Under the pieces are notes generated by a model. The model did not search any database and was not told the DNA's origin. It saw only the letters and a program-made list of their open reading frames with translations. A DNA stretch of 64,000 nt, taken from assembly GCA_030680835.1 (NCBI GenBank), contig JAUXUD010000004.1, positions 32,400-96,399 of the forward strand. Reading direction: 5' to 3'. The stretch comes from Bacteroidota bacterium (GTDB lineage: Bacteria; Bacteroidota; Bacteroidia; UKL13-3). This document shows, one piece after another, positions 36,584 to 46,992 of the stretch. How positions within the stretch are numbered: the first letter of the stretch is position 1; each line of letters starts with the position of its first letter. Made by a program: the position numbers and the translations under genes.

Positions 36584-37264
36584 ATGAAGCTACAGTTACA
36601 AATAAAAATGAATGAGGCACTGTACCTCCGCAATCCGGAAGGATCGGAGTTGGGTAAGAACATTATCAAGCATGGTATTCAGTTAATATACAAATATGGT
36701 TTTGAAGTATTTACCTTTAAAAAATTGGCTGAAGATATAGGTACAACAGAAGCGGGCATTTACCGGTATTTTGAAAATAAGCATAAATTTTTGGTGTACC
36801 TTACCTCCTGGTATTGGGGATGGGTTGAATATCAGATTGGTTTTCATACCAACAACCTTAAAGACCCGGCAGTTAAATTAAAAAGAGTGATAAAACTTTT
36901 GGCATCATCTATAGAAGATGATGAACAAACGAGTTATGTAAATGAGAGTTTACTGCACCAAATTGTGATTTCAGAGGGATCAAAAGCATATTTAACCAGA
37001 CAAGTAAACGAAGATAATAAGCAGCATTTTTTTAAACCCTACAAAGATCTTTGTGCCACAATTGGAAATATTATTTTGGAGTGCAGTCCGAAATACAAAT
37101 ATCCAAAATCATTGGCAACTACAATTATAGAAATGGCACATTTTCAAAATTTCTTTATGTATCACTTACCGTCCCTTACTGATTTTGGAAAAAGTAAAGA
37201 AGAGACAGAAGTAATTGCCTTTTTGAATGATCTGGTTTTTTCAAGTTTGAAGAAAATTAAATGA
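36584..37264 (+). CDS. TetR/AcrR-family transcriptional regulator
   Basis: HTH GFEVFTFKKLAEDIGTTEAGIYRYFENK; start moved to the ATG at 36584, downstream of the -7 element. Confidence 0.88.
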   Translation: MKLQLQIKMNEALYLRNPEGSELGKNIIKHGIQLIYKYGFEVFTFKKLAEDIGTTEAGIYRYFENKHKFLVYLTSWYWGWVEYQIGFHTNNLKDPAVKLKRVIKLLASSIEDDEQTSYVNESLLHQIVISEGSKAYLTRQVNEDNKQHFFKPYKDLCATIGNIILECSPKYKYPKSLATTIIEMAHFQNFFMYHLPSLTDFGKSKEETEVIAFLNDLVFSSLKKIK

Positions 37265-37324
37265 TCCTAAATCTGAGTTTGAGAATAAATAAGTCTAACT
37301 TGTGAATTTATTAAATATATCTGA

Positions 37325-39976
37325 GTGAAATTTTTAAGTGAACTTCCTGCTCATAGCCTGCTGCAAAATGATCTTGCAAAAACTTTCGATGTTAATCCTG
37401 AGCTTGGTTTAAGTGTTGAAGAATCTCAAAGCCGGCTTAAATTATTTGGGAAGAATGTAATCATACAGGAGAAAAAGAAAAATCCGTGGATTATATTCAT
37501 CACCCAATTCAAAAGTTTAATTGTATATATTCTGATTTTTGCGATGGGTTTATCATTCCTTTTTCAGGAATGGCTTGAAGGGATTGCGATTGCCATTGTT
37601 ATTATTATTAATGCTTTTATTGGATTCTACATGGAATTCCAGGCAGATCGTTCCATGGAAAATCTTAAAAAACTGGCTCATATACCTACACGGGTATTGC
37701 GTTCCGGTAAAATAACAGAAGTGAATTCGGAGGAAATAACTCCGGGTGATATCGTTTTTCTTGAAGCGGGGGATGTGGTTCCGGCTGACCTCAGAATTAT
37801 TAAATCATCACAATTGCAGTCAGATGAGTCTTCACTGACCGGGGAATCTATACCTGCAGAAAAACAGGTTGGTCAGGTGAACGAAAATACGCTGCTTGCA
37901 GATCGCAGCAATATGCTATACAAAGGAAGTGCTGTTACCAAAGGCAATGCCTATGCAATGGTTACAGGCACCGGAATGAAAACCGAATTGGGGAAAATTG
38001 CAAGCCTCGTACAATCGGCAGAACAGGCAGTTACCCCATTGGAAAAAAAGCTGGAAGCATTCAGCAAGAAACTGATTAAAGTTACGGTTGTTCTGGTAAT
38101 TATCATTTTTATTGTAGGGTTAATCAATGGGAAGGATTGGCTTGAAATGCTGGAAACATCGATAGCACTTGCAGTAGCTGCTATACCGGAAGGCTTGCCC
38201 ATTGTTGCTACACTTGCGCTTGCACATGGGATGTTAAAAATGGTTAAATACAATGTGATTGTTAAAAAACTATCGGCAGTTGAAACTTTAGGGGGCACCA
38301 ATGTAATTTGCACGGATAAAACAGGAACATTGACACAAAACAAGATTTTGGTAAGTGCCCTTATTACGGCAGTTGAAAAGGCCGATTTACTGCAGGATAA
38401 AAAATTAAATGAAAATAAATCCAATGAAATAATGCTGTATATAGCTGTATTGTGCAATACAGCCAGCATAAGCGAAGATGGTAAGGAATCAGGAGATCCG
38501 CTTGAAACAGGATTATTGAAGTTTGCCATGCAGCAAAACATCCCGATAAAGGAATGGAAAAATAAATATCCTGTAAAGAAAGAAGAACCCTTTTCGTCGG
38601 AAACAAAAATTATGGCTACTTTATGCCAGTCAGAAAATGGATATACCATTTATGCAAAAGGAGCTGTTGAAGAATTGATAAAACATTGTACCCGCTTATT
38701 TACCGGTAATGAGGAAATAAATTTTGAAGAAGCTCAAAAGAAAGAATGGCTAAATGAATCTGAACAAATGGCTGCCTCCGGACTTCGTGTAATAGCCGGA
38801 GCATACAAAAACACGGAAGCAAATGACGGGCTGTTAACAGATGATTTGACATTTGCAGGTTTGTACGGCATGATTGACCCACCCCGGGAAGAAGTATTTG
38901 AAGCGATAAAAGAGTGCAAATCTGCAGGTATACAGGTAATCATGATTACGGGTGACCATCCCGAAACAGCCAAAAACATTGGAGCTAAACTTGGAATTAT
39001 TTCCGACCAGAATCAAGCAGTTATTATTGGCAATGACATGCATGATTATGAGCAATTGAGTGAAAGTGAAAAAGATACCTGGATAAAAACCGCTGTGTTT
39101 GCGCGTGTAAGTCCGAAACAAAAACTGGATTTGGTGACCGTGTTGCAGGACCGGAAATTTGTGGTGGGGATGACGGGTGATGGGGTAAATGATGCACCCG
39201 CATTAAAAAAGGCAGATATTGGCATTGCCATGGGTGAAAGAGGCACGCAGGTAGCACAGGACGTGGCGGATATGATTTTGAAAGATGATTCGTTTTCTTC
39301 AATTGTGCATGCCATAAAACAGGGAAGAATTATATTTGAGAATATCCGTAAGTTTGTTGTTTACCTGCTATCCTGCAATATTAGTGAACTGATAATAATC
39401 GCTTCGGCGGCTATTTTAAACTTGCATTTTCAGCTGTTCCCACTACAAATATTATATATAAATATTATTACGGATGTATTGCAGGCTTTGGCATTGGGCG
39501 TTACGAGAGGGGGTGATTCAATTATGCAACTGCCGCCCAGGAATGCAGATGAACCTATACTCGACAAGCGAAGGTGGTGGGCTGTTATTTATTACAGTAT
39601 AATCATCAGCATTTGTTCATTAGCCGGTGTTTTCATCAGCCATTATACTTCACAACGAATTGAAAGTATTGATGCTGCCATGTGCAATAATGTATTATTT
39701 TATACCTTGATATTCTGCCAGCTGCTTCATGTATTTAATATGGGATCAGGCGATATGTCTTTCTTTAAAACGGAAGTGTTTAAAAACAAATATGTATGGT
39801 ATGCTTCAATGGCTTGCATTGTAATTATTATAGCGAGTTATCTGATTGAACCCATAAGAAAAGTATTAAGTATTTATGCGATGTCACCTGCAGACTGGGC
39901 CATAGCTGCAGGCATGAGTTTCGTTTCATTTTTTATTATTCAATTGTCTCAAAAGTTTAAACTAATAAAGCAATAA
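37325..39976 (+). CDS. Cation-translocating P-type ATPase (P2A / Ca2+-type)
   Basis: TGES, PEGL, DKTGT, KGA, DPPR, MITGD and GDGVND motifs. Confidence 0.93.
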   Translation: MKFLSELPAHSLLQNDLAKTFDVNPELGLSVEESQSRLKLFGKNVIIQEKKKNPWIIFITQFKSLIVYILIFAMGLSFLFQEWLEGIAIAIVIIINAFIGFYMEFQADRSMENLKKLAHIPTRVLRSGKITEVNSEEITPGDIVFLEAGDVVPADLRIIKSSQLQSDESSLTGESIPAEKQVGQVNENTLLADRSNMLYKGSAVTKGNAYAMVTGTGMKTELGKIASLVQSAEQAVTPLEKKLEAFSKKLIKVTVVLVIIIFIVGLINGKDWLEMLETSIALAVAAIPEGLPIVATLALAHGMLKMVKYNVIVKKLSAVETLGGTNVICTDKTGTLTQNKILVSALITAVEKADLLQDKKLNENKSNEIMLYIAVLCNTASISEDGKESGDPLETGLLKFAMQQNIPIKEWKNKYPVKKEEPFSSETKIMATLCQSENGYTIYAKGAVEELIKHCTRLFTGNEEINFEEAQKKEWLNESEQMAASGLRVIAGAYKNTEANDGLLTDDLTFAGLYGMIDPPREEVFEAIKECKSAGIQVIMITGDHPETAKNIGAKLGIISDQNQAVIIGNDMHDYEQLSESEKDTWIKTAVFARVSPKQKLDLVTVLQDRKFVVGMTGDGVNDAPALKKADIGIAMGERGTQVAQDVADMILKDDSFSSIVHAIKQGRIIFENIRKFVVYLLSCNISELIIIASAAILNLHFQLFPLQILYINIITDVLQALALGVTRGGDSIMQLPPRNADEPILDKRRWWAVIYYSIIISICSLAGVFISHYTSQRIESIDAAMCNNVLFYTLIFCQLLHVFNMGSGDMSFFKTEVFKNKYVWYASMACIVIIIASYLIEPIRKVLSIYAMSPADWAIAAGMSFVSFFIIQLSQKFKLIKQ

Positions 39977-40022
39977 AACAGGAATGTTATGCGTGCAATT
40001 TAATGTTTAAAATGTCAGGGCG

Positions 40023-41042
40023 CTACTCTGCTTTTGTTTGCTTCCAGATGGATTTAGCAGGCATAAAACGGTAGGTAAGTCCTGCAGTATAAAAGTATTG
40101 CATGCCTACCTGTGTACCGTTTTGGTATTGATATAATGGGATTTCGCGAAAACCAAATACTGTGAATGATTTGTATGTGTAGCTGACTTGAGGTATGAAT
40201 GAAATTTTATAACCTCCCGTTGAAAAAGGTTCAACACTCAGCAGTGCGGCATTTGCATAGGGTACCAGTTCCATCTTATCAATCCATTCTCCCTTAGTCT
40301 GCAAAGTAATTCCTAATTTTCTAAAAAATGTTTTTCCTGCAAACAATCCAACGCTTGCGTAATCCCCAAATTTTTCACCCAATGAATTCCATCCTTTTTT
40401 TACATACAATGCATTGGCAAAAACTCTGAATTTTGCCTTTTTGTATTCTCTGAACGCAAAGCCATAAAAAATAAAATCGGTTGAACCGGTGGTTGGCTGA
40501 ACGGTAGGGGGTGAGATGGAATAGAATTTACCTATTGAAGGATCATCAATGATAAGGGTTGAGTCGCAATACTTGCCAACAGGAATTTTTATTCCCAAAC
40601 CCAATGTAAATTCGGTATGATGTTTTTCATCTGTTTTATCATACACATCATAGCGTGGAAAGATGATTATATCGGATATTCCTGAAGAAGTTTTTGTATT
40701 GTAAATATTCTCAGGATTCAATCCAACCAGGGTTTTATCCAAAAAATATCCTCCTTCAAGCGAAAGCGTCAGTTTTTCGGTGAGGCCATAAGCCAGTCTT
40801 AAATACAGGTAATTGCTGCTTAAATTTTTAAGGAGTGAAGCGGTGTCTTTATCGCCGGAAAAGAATTTATTGGAACTCGAATATTGGTAGTTTCCACCTA
40901 TTTCAACCTGACCTTTAAGCAAAACGCCCTGAGAAGTTCCACCGGCAATCGGACTGCCGCTGCCACCCGAGCAACACCCCTGAGAAAAAAGGGATTTGTT
41001 GGTAAACAGAAAAACAAGCAGAATTAAGGCGAAATGTTTCAT
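40023..41042 (-). CDS. Putative outer membrane beta-barrel ('transporter' family) with N-terminal Cys pair
   Basis: Signal peptide then QGCCSGG; LGLGIKIPVG, QPTTGSTD, alternating aromatic strands and AGLTYRF near the C-terminus. Confidence 0.6.
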   Translation of the reverse strand: MKHFALILLVFLFTNKSLFSQGCCSGGSGSPIAGGTSQGVLLKGQVEIGGNYQYSSSNKFFSGDKDTASLLKNLSSNYLYLRLAYGLTEKLTLSLEGGYFLDKTLVGLNPENIYNTKTSSGISDIIIFPRYDVYDKTDEKHHTEFTLGLGIKIPVGKYCDSTLIIDDPSIGKFYSISPPTVQPTTGSTDFIFYGFAFREYKKAKFRVFANALYVKKGWNSLGEKFGDYASVGLFAGKTFFRKLGITLQTKGEWIDKMELVPYANAALLSVEPFSTGGYKISFIPQVSYTYKSFTVFGFREIPLYQYQNGTQVGMQYFYTAGLTYRFMPAKSIWKQTKAE

Positions 41043-41058
41043 GCAGGAAACAAAATAA

Positions 41059-41832
41059 TTATCTTGCAATATTGAATCTGATTAATTGTGAATACTCACC
41101 TGCATTCAATTTCAGGAAATAGACGCCATTACTCAGGGTTTCAATATTAATTAGTGTTTCGTGATTTCCTGCACTGAATCTTTCGGGTTCAAGCGACTTG
41201 ATTTTTGCACCGAGTATATTGTAAATTTCGAAGTTGATTTCTGTTTTCTGGTTTAAAACAAACGTCACTGAAAATTTATCAACCGCCGGATTCGGATAAA
41301 CGGATAAGCGGAAGTCGGCATTTTTCTCCTCAATTGCGGAGCTAATCAATGCGGCATTAATTGCATTTGTGAGATTTGTGGCATTCAATCCGTTATTTTG
41401 CCTGAATTTAATTGCATGATTGGCCCCACTGAAAACCATGATGGTTGGCATACCGGGACTATAATACGACTCATTTTTGACTGTAGAACTTGAAAACTGA
41501 ACAACAGATCCCATTCCGTACGGACTGGCCCAGGTATTTAAGGATGAACAACTGTTATTTCCGTCAATCAGATAAAACAATACTTTACCCGGATTTGTAC
41601 TGGCATAGTTTTTTACAACATTGTTTGCGGAAACCGATGGGCTCACGCATGAGCCACATGGATGTACCATCGAAACTACAATTACTTTCCCTGCATTGAG
41701 TTCCGAATACAAATTATGGGATACGCTGGCGCAATCGTTGGCAGTAAAATCAGCAGCAGTGGTTTGTGCAAAAGCTGTTAAACCGCAAAACAGCAGAACA
41801 ATTGAAAAGTATATGTTTTTTTTCATAATCAT
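41059..41832 (-). CDS. T9SS-secreted protein with thioredoxin-like CxxC domain
   Basis: Signal peptide, DFTAND..HNLY..GKVIV..PCGSC..GMPT; C-terminal YPNP..YNILG..LSNGVYFL sorting domain. Confidence 0.75.
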   Translation of the reverse strand: MIMKKNIYFSIVLLFCGLTAFAQTTAADFTANDCASVSHNLYSELNAGKVIVVSMVHPCGSCVSPSVSANNVVKNYASTNPGKVLFYLIDGNNSCSSLNTWASPYGMGSVVQFSSSTVKNESYYSPGMPTIMVFSGANHAIKFRQNNGLNATNLTNAINAALISSAIEEKNADFRLSVYPNPAVDKFSVTFVLNQKTEINFEIYNILGAKIKSLEPERFSAGNHETLINIETLSNGVYFLKLNAGEYSQLIRFNIAR

Positions 41833-42039
41833 TAATTAAATGCAACTTATTCAAAAGTAATACAATTGATTTATTCTGCAAGTTATTTTTAGTTTAATAT
41901 CAGTATTTTTACAGAGTTTTTATAAGAAATCAGTACAATTGTAAATTCGAAGTCAAAAATACAAACCGAAATACATCAATAACATGACTTGCATCAATGT
42001 TTCGAATCAATTAGATTTGTTTTTTTACCCGTAAATAGT

Positions 42040-42450
42040 ATGAGAAGAATACTTGCCCTAACACTTGCTTTTCTGATGCTCGCTTTATCATTTAGAGTGG
42101 GCGTGGCTGTTCACTTATGCGGAGGAAAACTGGTTCAAACCAAATGGGTGATTGGTTATGGAAAGGCAGGTTGCGGAATGGATGAACAAAATGACAGATG
42201 TGAAAAACAATCTTCTGCTGTTTTGAATAAACCACCCTGCTGCGTCAATGGACTTCAGCAAATAGCCAGCGACGATTACCAATCTGCAGGCAAGCTTATT
42301 CAGTATTTTTTTGGATATAATGTTGAATTTATACAAGCCAATATCGTTTCCTCCGGGCATGACAATGAAGTTGAACGTTTAATTTTTTATAGACCACCAC
42401 CGGGTCTTTCCGCTGTCTTTCTTCCTTTTATCAGGGTTTTTCTGATTTGA
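42040..42450 (+). CDS. HYC_CC_PP-family small Cys-rich protein
   Basis: HLCGG, GCGM, PCC, RPPP and terminal VFLI; TAGATTTG -7 element at 42012-19 supports the ATG at 42040. Confidence 0.7.
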   Translation: MRRILALTLAFLMLALSFRVGVAVHLCGGKLVQTKWVIGYGKAGCGMDEQNDRCEKQSSAVLNKPPCCVNGLQQIASDDYQSAGKLIQYFFGYNVEFIQANIVSSGHDNEVERLIFYRPPPGLSAVFLPFIRVFLI

Positions 42451-42598
42451 TATTCATAATAAACTACACAACCAGGCTTTAAAACAGACATGGGATGGGT
42501 ATGTTTATCAGATTGTACAATTTTATGTGCAATCCTTTTATAAGGGTAAATTAAATTACCCGGGATACTATCATAAAATACATTTAAACTTAAAAAAC

Positions 42599-42910
42599 AT
42601 GAAAAAATTAATTAAATCTTTATGCATACTCTTTATCGGAGTTATTGTATTTTCAAGCTGTACCAAAACCCCAATGGCTTGTTGCAGCCTGCCTGAAACA
42701 GGAACTGTTGGACAATCCATCAGTTTTAATTCTACCTGCAGTACCAATGCAAGTAAATACAAATGGGACTTTGGTGACGGAACCAGCACAACGGATGCAA
42801 ACCCAACTCATATTTATACAGTAGCAGGAACTTATACAGTGAAACTGATGGCGATGAGCAGCAACGAATCTAAAATGAGTGAGACCTCTAAAACCATCAA
42901 AATTCAATAA
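42599..42910 (+). CDS. PKD-domain lipoprotein
   Basis: Lipobox FSSC; WDFGDG..NPTHIY..AGTYTVKL. Confidence 0.85.
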   Translation: MKKLIKSLCILFIGVIVFSSCTKTPMACCSLPETGTVGQSISFNSTCSTNASKYKWDFGDGTSTTDANPTHIYTVAGTYTVKLMAMSSNESKMSETSKTIKIQ

Positions 42911-42920
42911 TACATTAACC

Positions 42921-43334
42921 ATGAAATATGCATTCATTTTTATAATCATATTACTGGCACCTAATTTTCCTTTTTCAACTGCGGGTAATCAGGGCACAGA
43001 AAAAGGATGGGTAGCACCTCCCGATGCCGACAAAGTTTCGAATCCATTAATGCGGAGTGCTATTTCTGCTACAGAAGGAAAAAAAATCTATATGCAAATA
43101 TGTGTGGTGTGCCACGGAGACAAAGGCAAGGGGGATGGAATAGGCGGGTTGGCACTAAATCCACGACCTGCAAATTTCTCGTCACAGAAAGTGCAGGTAC
43201 AAACAGATGGCGCCATTTTTTGGAAAATTACTGAGGGGCGACCACCCATGGCAAGTTACAAAACCATTCTCACCGAAACACAACGCTGGCAACTGGTTAA
43301 TTTTATTCGAACATTTAATTCATTAAAAAAATAA
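42921..43334 (+). CDS. Exported monoheme cytochrome c
   Basis: CVVCH..GKGDG..TDGAIFWKITEG..PM motif; hydrophobic N-terminus. Confidence 0.88.
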   Translation: MKYAFIFIIILLAPNFPFSTAGNQGTEKGWVAPPDADKVSNPLMRSAISATEGKKIYMQICVVCHGDKGKGDGIGGLALNPRPANFSSQKVQVQTDGAIFWKITEGRPPMASYKTILTETQRWQLVNFIRTFNSLKK

Positions 43335-43337
43335 CAC

Positions 43338-44561
43338 ATGAAAACAAAATTGATTTTAATCGCTTTTTTTATTTCGGGTATCAATCTATTGCAGGCTCAG
43401 GATAGCACGCAAGCACAGATTCAAAGTATTAAAGATGAAATAGCTATCATAAAGAAACCTGTTCAGACTCATTTTATGCTGAGGGGATTTACACAATTTG
43501 GATTTGATGCTTCTGATGAGAATATAAATTTTAACATGACCTCATTTAATCCGGTTTTATTATGGAGACATGGAGATCGTTTTTTGATTGAAGCGGAGCT
43601 TGAAATGGAATACATGTCCAACCAGTTTGAAATCAATCTCGGTTACGCAAATGCATCTTATATAGTAACAAAAGGATTGGTAGTAAGAGCCGGAAAATTT
43701 TTGATACCTTTTGGTACTTTTGGAGAACGTTTTCATCCTTCCTGGGTCAATAAATTTGCTTCCCAGCCACTGGGTTTCGGGCATGACGGGATTGCTCCAT
43801 CCGGAGATTTGGGGATTGAAGTGAGAGGCGGATTCCAGTTGGGAAGTTCAAAATTAAACTATTCATTGTATGCAGTAAACGGACCCAGAATTAAAGATGG
43901 TACCGAAGAACCTGAGGAAGCAGGTATGCTGATGTTTAAAAACGAAACCGAGAATAATAACAACAAAGCAATCGGTACACGGATTGGTATCTTGCCCTTA
44001 TCAAACTCCTCATTGGAAATTGGGTTATCTGCATATTATGCAGCTCCCGGTTCTAGTCATTCACCTTTTGAAGGAGATCCCCTGAATGAAGATTTGAACT
44101 ATGAAAATGTGACTGCAATGTTAACAGCTGTTGATTTGTCCTATGTTAAAATAATCAGTCCCTTAATGGGCATTATTGATATTAAAGGACAATACAGTTT
44201 ATCGAATATAAGTAATGCTGTTTATTATAATCCTGAAGATACCAGTCGTTATACCTTTACCAATGAAAGTTCGGCATATTATGTGCAAATGGCATACCGA
44301 CCGGCATTGGCAGAAAATCAGATTTTAAAAAACTTTGAAATTGCGGGCAGATACTCGGCTTATACAACACCTGTTGGTTCTCTATGGGCTGATAATAAAT
44401 CGCAGATAACAGTGGGTTTAAACTACTGGTTAAGCTGGAGAACAGTTATAAAAGCAAACTATCAGATAAATGAAAGTTCTATGTCGGGAGGGCATGGTAT
44501 GTCGACTATGACCGGGGGAAATGGAAGCATGTTTCAATTGCATATAGCGGCTGGATTTTAA
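43338..44561 (+). CDS. Putative outer membrane porin (beta-barrel)
   Basis: Signal peptide, short coiled coil, RAGKFLIPFG, amphipathic strands and terminal Phe (HIAAGF). Confidence 0.7.
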   Translation: MKTKLILIAFFISGINLLQAQDSTQAQIQSIKDEIAIIKKPVQTHFMLRGFTQFGFDASDENINFNMTSFNPVLLWRHGDRFLIEAELEMEYMSNQFEINLGYANASYIVTKGLVVRAGKFLIPFGTFGERFHPSWVNKFASQPLGFGHDGIAPSGDLGIEVRGGFQLGSSKLNYSLYAVNGPRIKDGTEEPEEAGMLMFKNETENNNNKAIGTRIGILPLSNSSLEIGLSAYYAAPGSSHSPFEGDPLNEDLNYENVTAMLTAVDLSYVKIISPLMGIIDIKGQYSLSNISNAVYYNPEDTSRYTFTNESSAYYVQMAYRPALAENQILKNFEIAGRYSAYTTPVGSLWADNKSQITVGLNYWLSWRTVIKANYQINESSMSGGHGMSTMTGGNGSMFQLHIAAGF

Positions 44562-44581
44562 AATATTAATAATAATCAGAC

Positions 44582-44854
44582 ATGAAAAAATTAAATTATA
44601 TACTCGGAATTATATTCTCCGTATTTATTTCTGTAATTGCATTGCAAAGCTGTACTACTTCTAAAGCTGTGATCACCGGCAAATCAGGCGCACAACTTTG
44701 GGGCGAAAATTGTGTGCGCTGCCATAACAGTCCTTCACCTGTTGATTTTACGGATGAAGAATGGAAGACCATTGGATTGCATATGCAGGTGCGGGCAAAT
44801 CTGACCAAAGAAGAAACAGAAAAAATAATTGAATTCCTAAGTTCAGCTAATTAA
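44582..44854 (+). CDS. Small monoheme cytochrome c lipoprotein
   Basis: Lipobox LQSC, CVRCH and a distal HM. Confidence 0.82.
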   Translation: MKKLNYILGIIFSVFISVIALQSCTTSKAVITGKSGAQLWGENCVRCHNSPSPVDFTDEEWKTIGLHMQVRANLTKEETEKIIEFLSSAN

Positions 44855-44870
44855 TAATTTGTTTTGTTCC

Positions 44871-44938
44871 CCTTAGTTCCTTAGTTTCTTTGTAGCCCTG
44901 AAGCACTCCAGTTGCTACAAAGAAACAAAGGAACAAAG
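44871..44938. repeat. Palindromic element built from 8-mer units (possible terminator)
   Basis: CCTTAGTTCCTTAGTTTCTTTGTAGC pairs imperfectly with GCTACAAAGAAACAAAGGAACAAAG. Confidence 0.75.
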
Positions 44939-45036
44939 AATTTTATATGTCGTTTTGGTGTAATTTTAAGTTGGCAAGAGTGCAAGCATGAAAGTTATTT
45001 ATATATTTGAGTTGAACCATAATCTAATAAAATACT

Positions 45037-46515
45037 ATGCGTAAATTAATACTGCTTATATGTTTCATTTTATTTGTATGCAATTTTTCCAATGCACAAT
45101 CAAACATTAGCTGGAATACAAGCATGAATATTGCAACGAGTTCGTCGGGCAATATGCACCCCCGCATGACGCTGGACGGAAAGGGTAATCCGCTTGTAAT
45201 CTGGGGCAGGATGTCGGATGGCGCAGTTTTCATTTCACGCTGGACGGGAACTATGTTTGCTACGCCTGTAAAGTTAAATCCTGCATGGTTAAAGGTTGCC
45301 TCGGCTTCGTGGATGGGACCTGATATTGCTTCTAAAGGGGATACGGTTTATGTAGTTGTAAAACGAACCCCGGAAGCAGCCGATACCAATTATATTTATA
45401 TTATGCGTTCATTTGACGGAGGCATGTCATTTTCTGCGCCGGTGCGTGTAGATAATATTGGTGACAGTATCTCACGTTTCCCAACGGTGAGTGTGGATGC
45501 TTTGGGCAATCCACTTGTGGCTTTTATGAAATTCAATTCTTCATTTCTGGATTCAAGATGGGTGGTTGCAAAATCAAGCGACTATGGCGTAAGTTTTTCA
45601 AAGGATGTTAAGGCAAGTGGTTATAGCGGAGCAGCCGCAGAGGTATGCGATTGTTGCCCGGGTGCCATTGTAACGTCCGGTTCTGTTTCGGCGGTGGTTT
45701 ACCGCGATAACCTGAGTAATATTCGCGATATATGGACAGGAATTTCAAGCAATAACGGCATCTCATTTAACAGAGGTTTTGCGGTAGATAAAACAAACTG
45801 GTTCCTGCAGTCTTGTCCGGCCAGTGGTCCGGATGCGGTGATTGTTGGAGATTCATTGTACACTGTTTTTATGAGCGGTGCAAGCACAAAAAATCGCATC
45901 TATTTAAGCAGGACTTCAATTAGCACAGGTATTGTAAATTCGGTTTCAACAACTAGTAGCAACATTGCTTCATTGAACCAGCAGAATTTTCCGCGTATCG
46001 CCACCGATGGGGTTGCGGCAGCTATTGTATGGCAACAAAGTGTTGGCGGTGTAGCACAGCTTCCAGTTACTTTTACAAACGATATTAGCAAAGGATTTCC
46101 GCTTGTTTATGATACCGTTGATTTGGTTAATATAACCAATATGGATATTGCAATGGCCAACGGTAAAATTTATGTTATATGGGAAGATGACAATTCGGGA
46201 ACTGTAAAATTTCGAAGTGGAACCTATAAGCCATTGAATACAGGAAACGCCAAAATAGTAAAAAGTGAACCGATTGAATTCAGATGTTTCCCGAATCCGG
46301 CGAGTGATGTTTTGAATATCGTTTCTCCTGTTGAAGGCCGGTATGTTTTAAACCTCTTTAATGCCTTGGGTGAAAAAGTATTTACAATGGAATCAGAATC
46401 CAGCCAAAGCATTGAATTGGCAAATTTTCCTAAGGGTATTTATTTTGTTCGGTTGATCCAAACGAATGATATAGAAAGCACCCAGGTGTTCACACAAAAG
46501 ATTATTAAGCAATAG
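45037..46515 (+). CDS. T9SS-secreted BNR/Asp-box beta-propeller protein
   Basis: Asp-boxes RSFDGGMSF, SSDYGVSF and SSNNGISF; VCDCC and CPASGP; C-terminal FPNP..FNALG..KGIYF..KIIK; TATATTTG at 45002-09. Confidence 0.8.
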   Translation: MRKLILLICFILFVCNFSNAQSNISWNTSMNIATSSSGNMHPRMTLDGKGNPLVIWGRMSDGAVFISRWTGTMFATPVKLNPAWLKVASASWMGPDIASKGDTVYVVVKRTPEAADTNYIYIMRSFDGGMSFSAPVRVDNIGDSISRFPTVSVDALGNPLVAFMKFNSSFLDSRWVVAKSSDYGVSFSKDVKASGYSGAAAEVCDCCPGAIVTSGSVSAVVYRDNLSNIRDIWTGISSNNGISFNRGFAVDKTNWFLQSCPASGPDAVIVGDSLYTVFMSGASTKNRIYLSRTSISTGIVNSVSTTSSNIASLNQQNFPRIATDGVAAAIVWQQSVGGVAQLPVTFTNDISKGFPLVYDTVDLVNITNMDIAMANGKIYVIWEDDNSGTVKFRSGTYKPLNTGNAKIVKSEPIEFRCFPNPASDVLNIVSPVEGRYVLNLFNALGEKVFTMESESSQSIELANFPKGIYFVRLIQTNDIESTQVFTQKIIKQ

Positions 46516-46603
46516 GATCTATTGAAAGTCGGTTATTTATAGTCTGTGTTTTCAAATATAACATTCTAATCGAACTAATAATTTGTTACAATTGATTGTT
46601 TTT

Positions 46604-46809
46604 TTTCTTTTTGCTTGATCAAAAAGAAACAAAAAATCAAGACTTATTTCTGCACCTTGCACTTGTAAAAAAGAAATGTTTTGCCACGCAGCCCAAGCCG
46701 CAAGGCCAACCGTTGCGACTGATAGGCCTTGCTCGAGGGCCGCTTGCACAAACCAGCCGCACACATTTCTTTTTAACAATTGCTGGCGGCACCGAAATAG
46801 GTCGGTCCT
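46604..46809 (+). repeat. Structured ~205-nt repeat, copy 1
   Basis: Similar to the reverse complement of 46993-47214; contains nested stems. Confidence 0.85.
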
Positions 46810-46992
46810 TAATTTCCTTTTGTTTAGGTGGTAAAAATTAGGAGGCATTAATAACATTTTTCTTGCATAATAACGCTATCAAGTAATTCAATCTATTAAA
46901 TTCGGTTTGAATAATTTTTTAGGTTCCACCAATAACCCTACAATTCATATAGTGCATTGACTAAAGGGAATTGTTCAAATTTAGAAGTCTTC

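Noticed and set aside
37951..38649. 232-aa antisense ORF
   Set aside because: Shadow of the P-type ATPase on the opposite strand; no recognisable motifs.
43338..44561. Calling the porin a Cyc2 iron oxidase
   Set aside because: It has no CxxCH of its own; the hemes are on separate genes, so only a hypothetical split conduit can be proposed.
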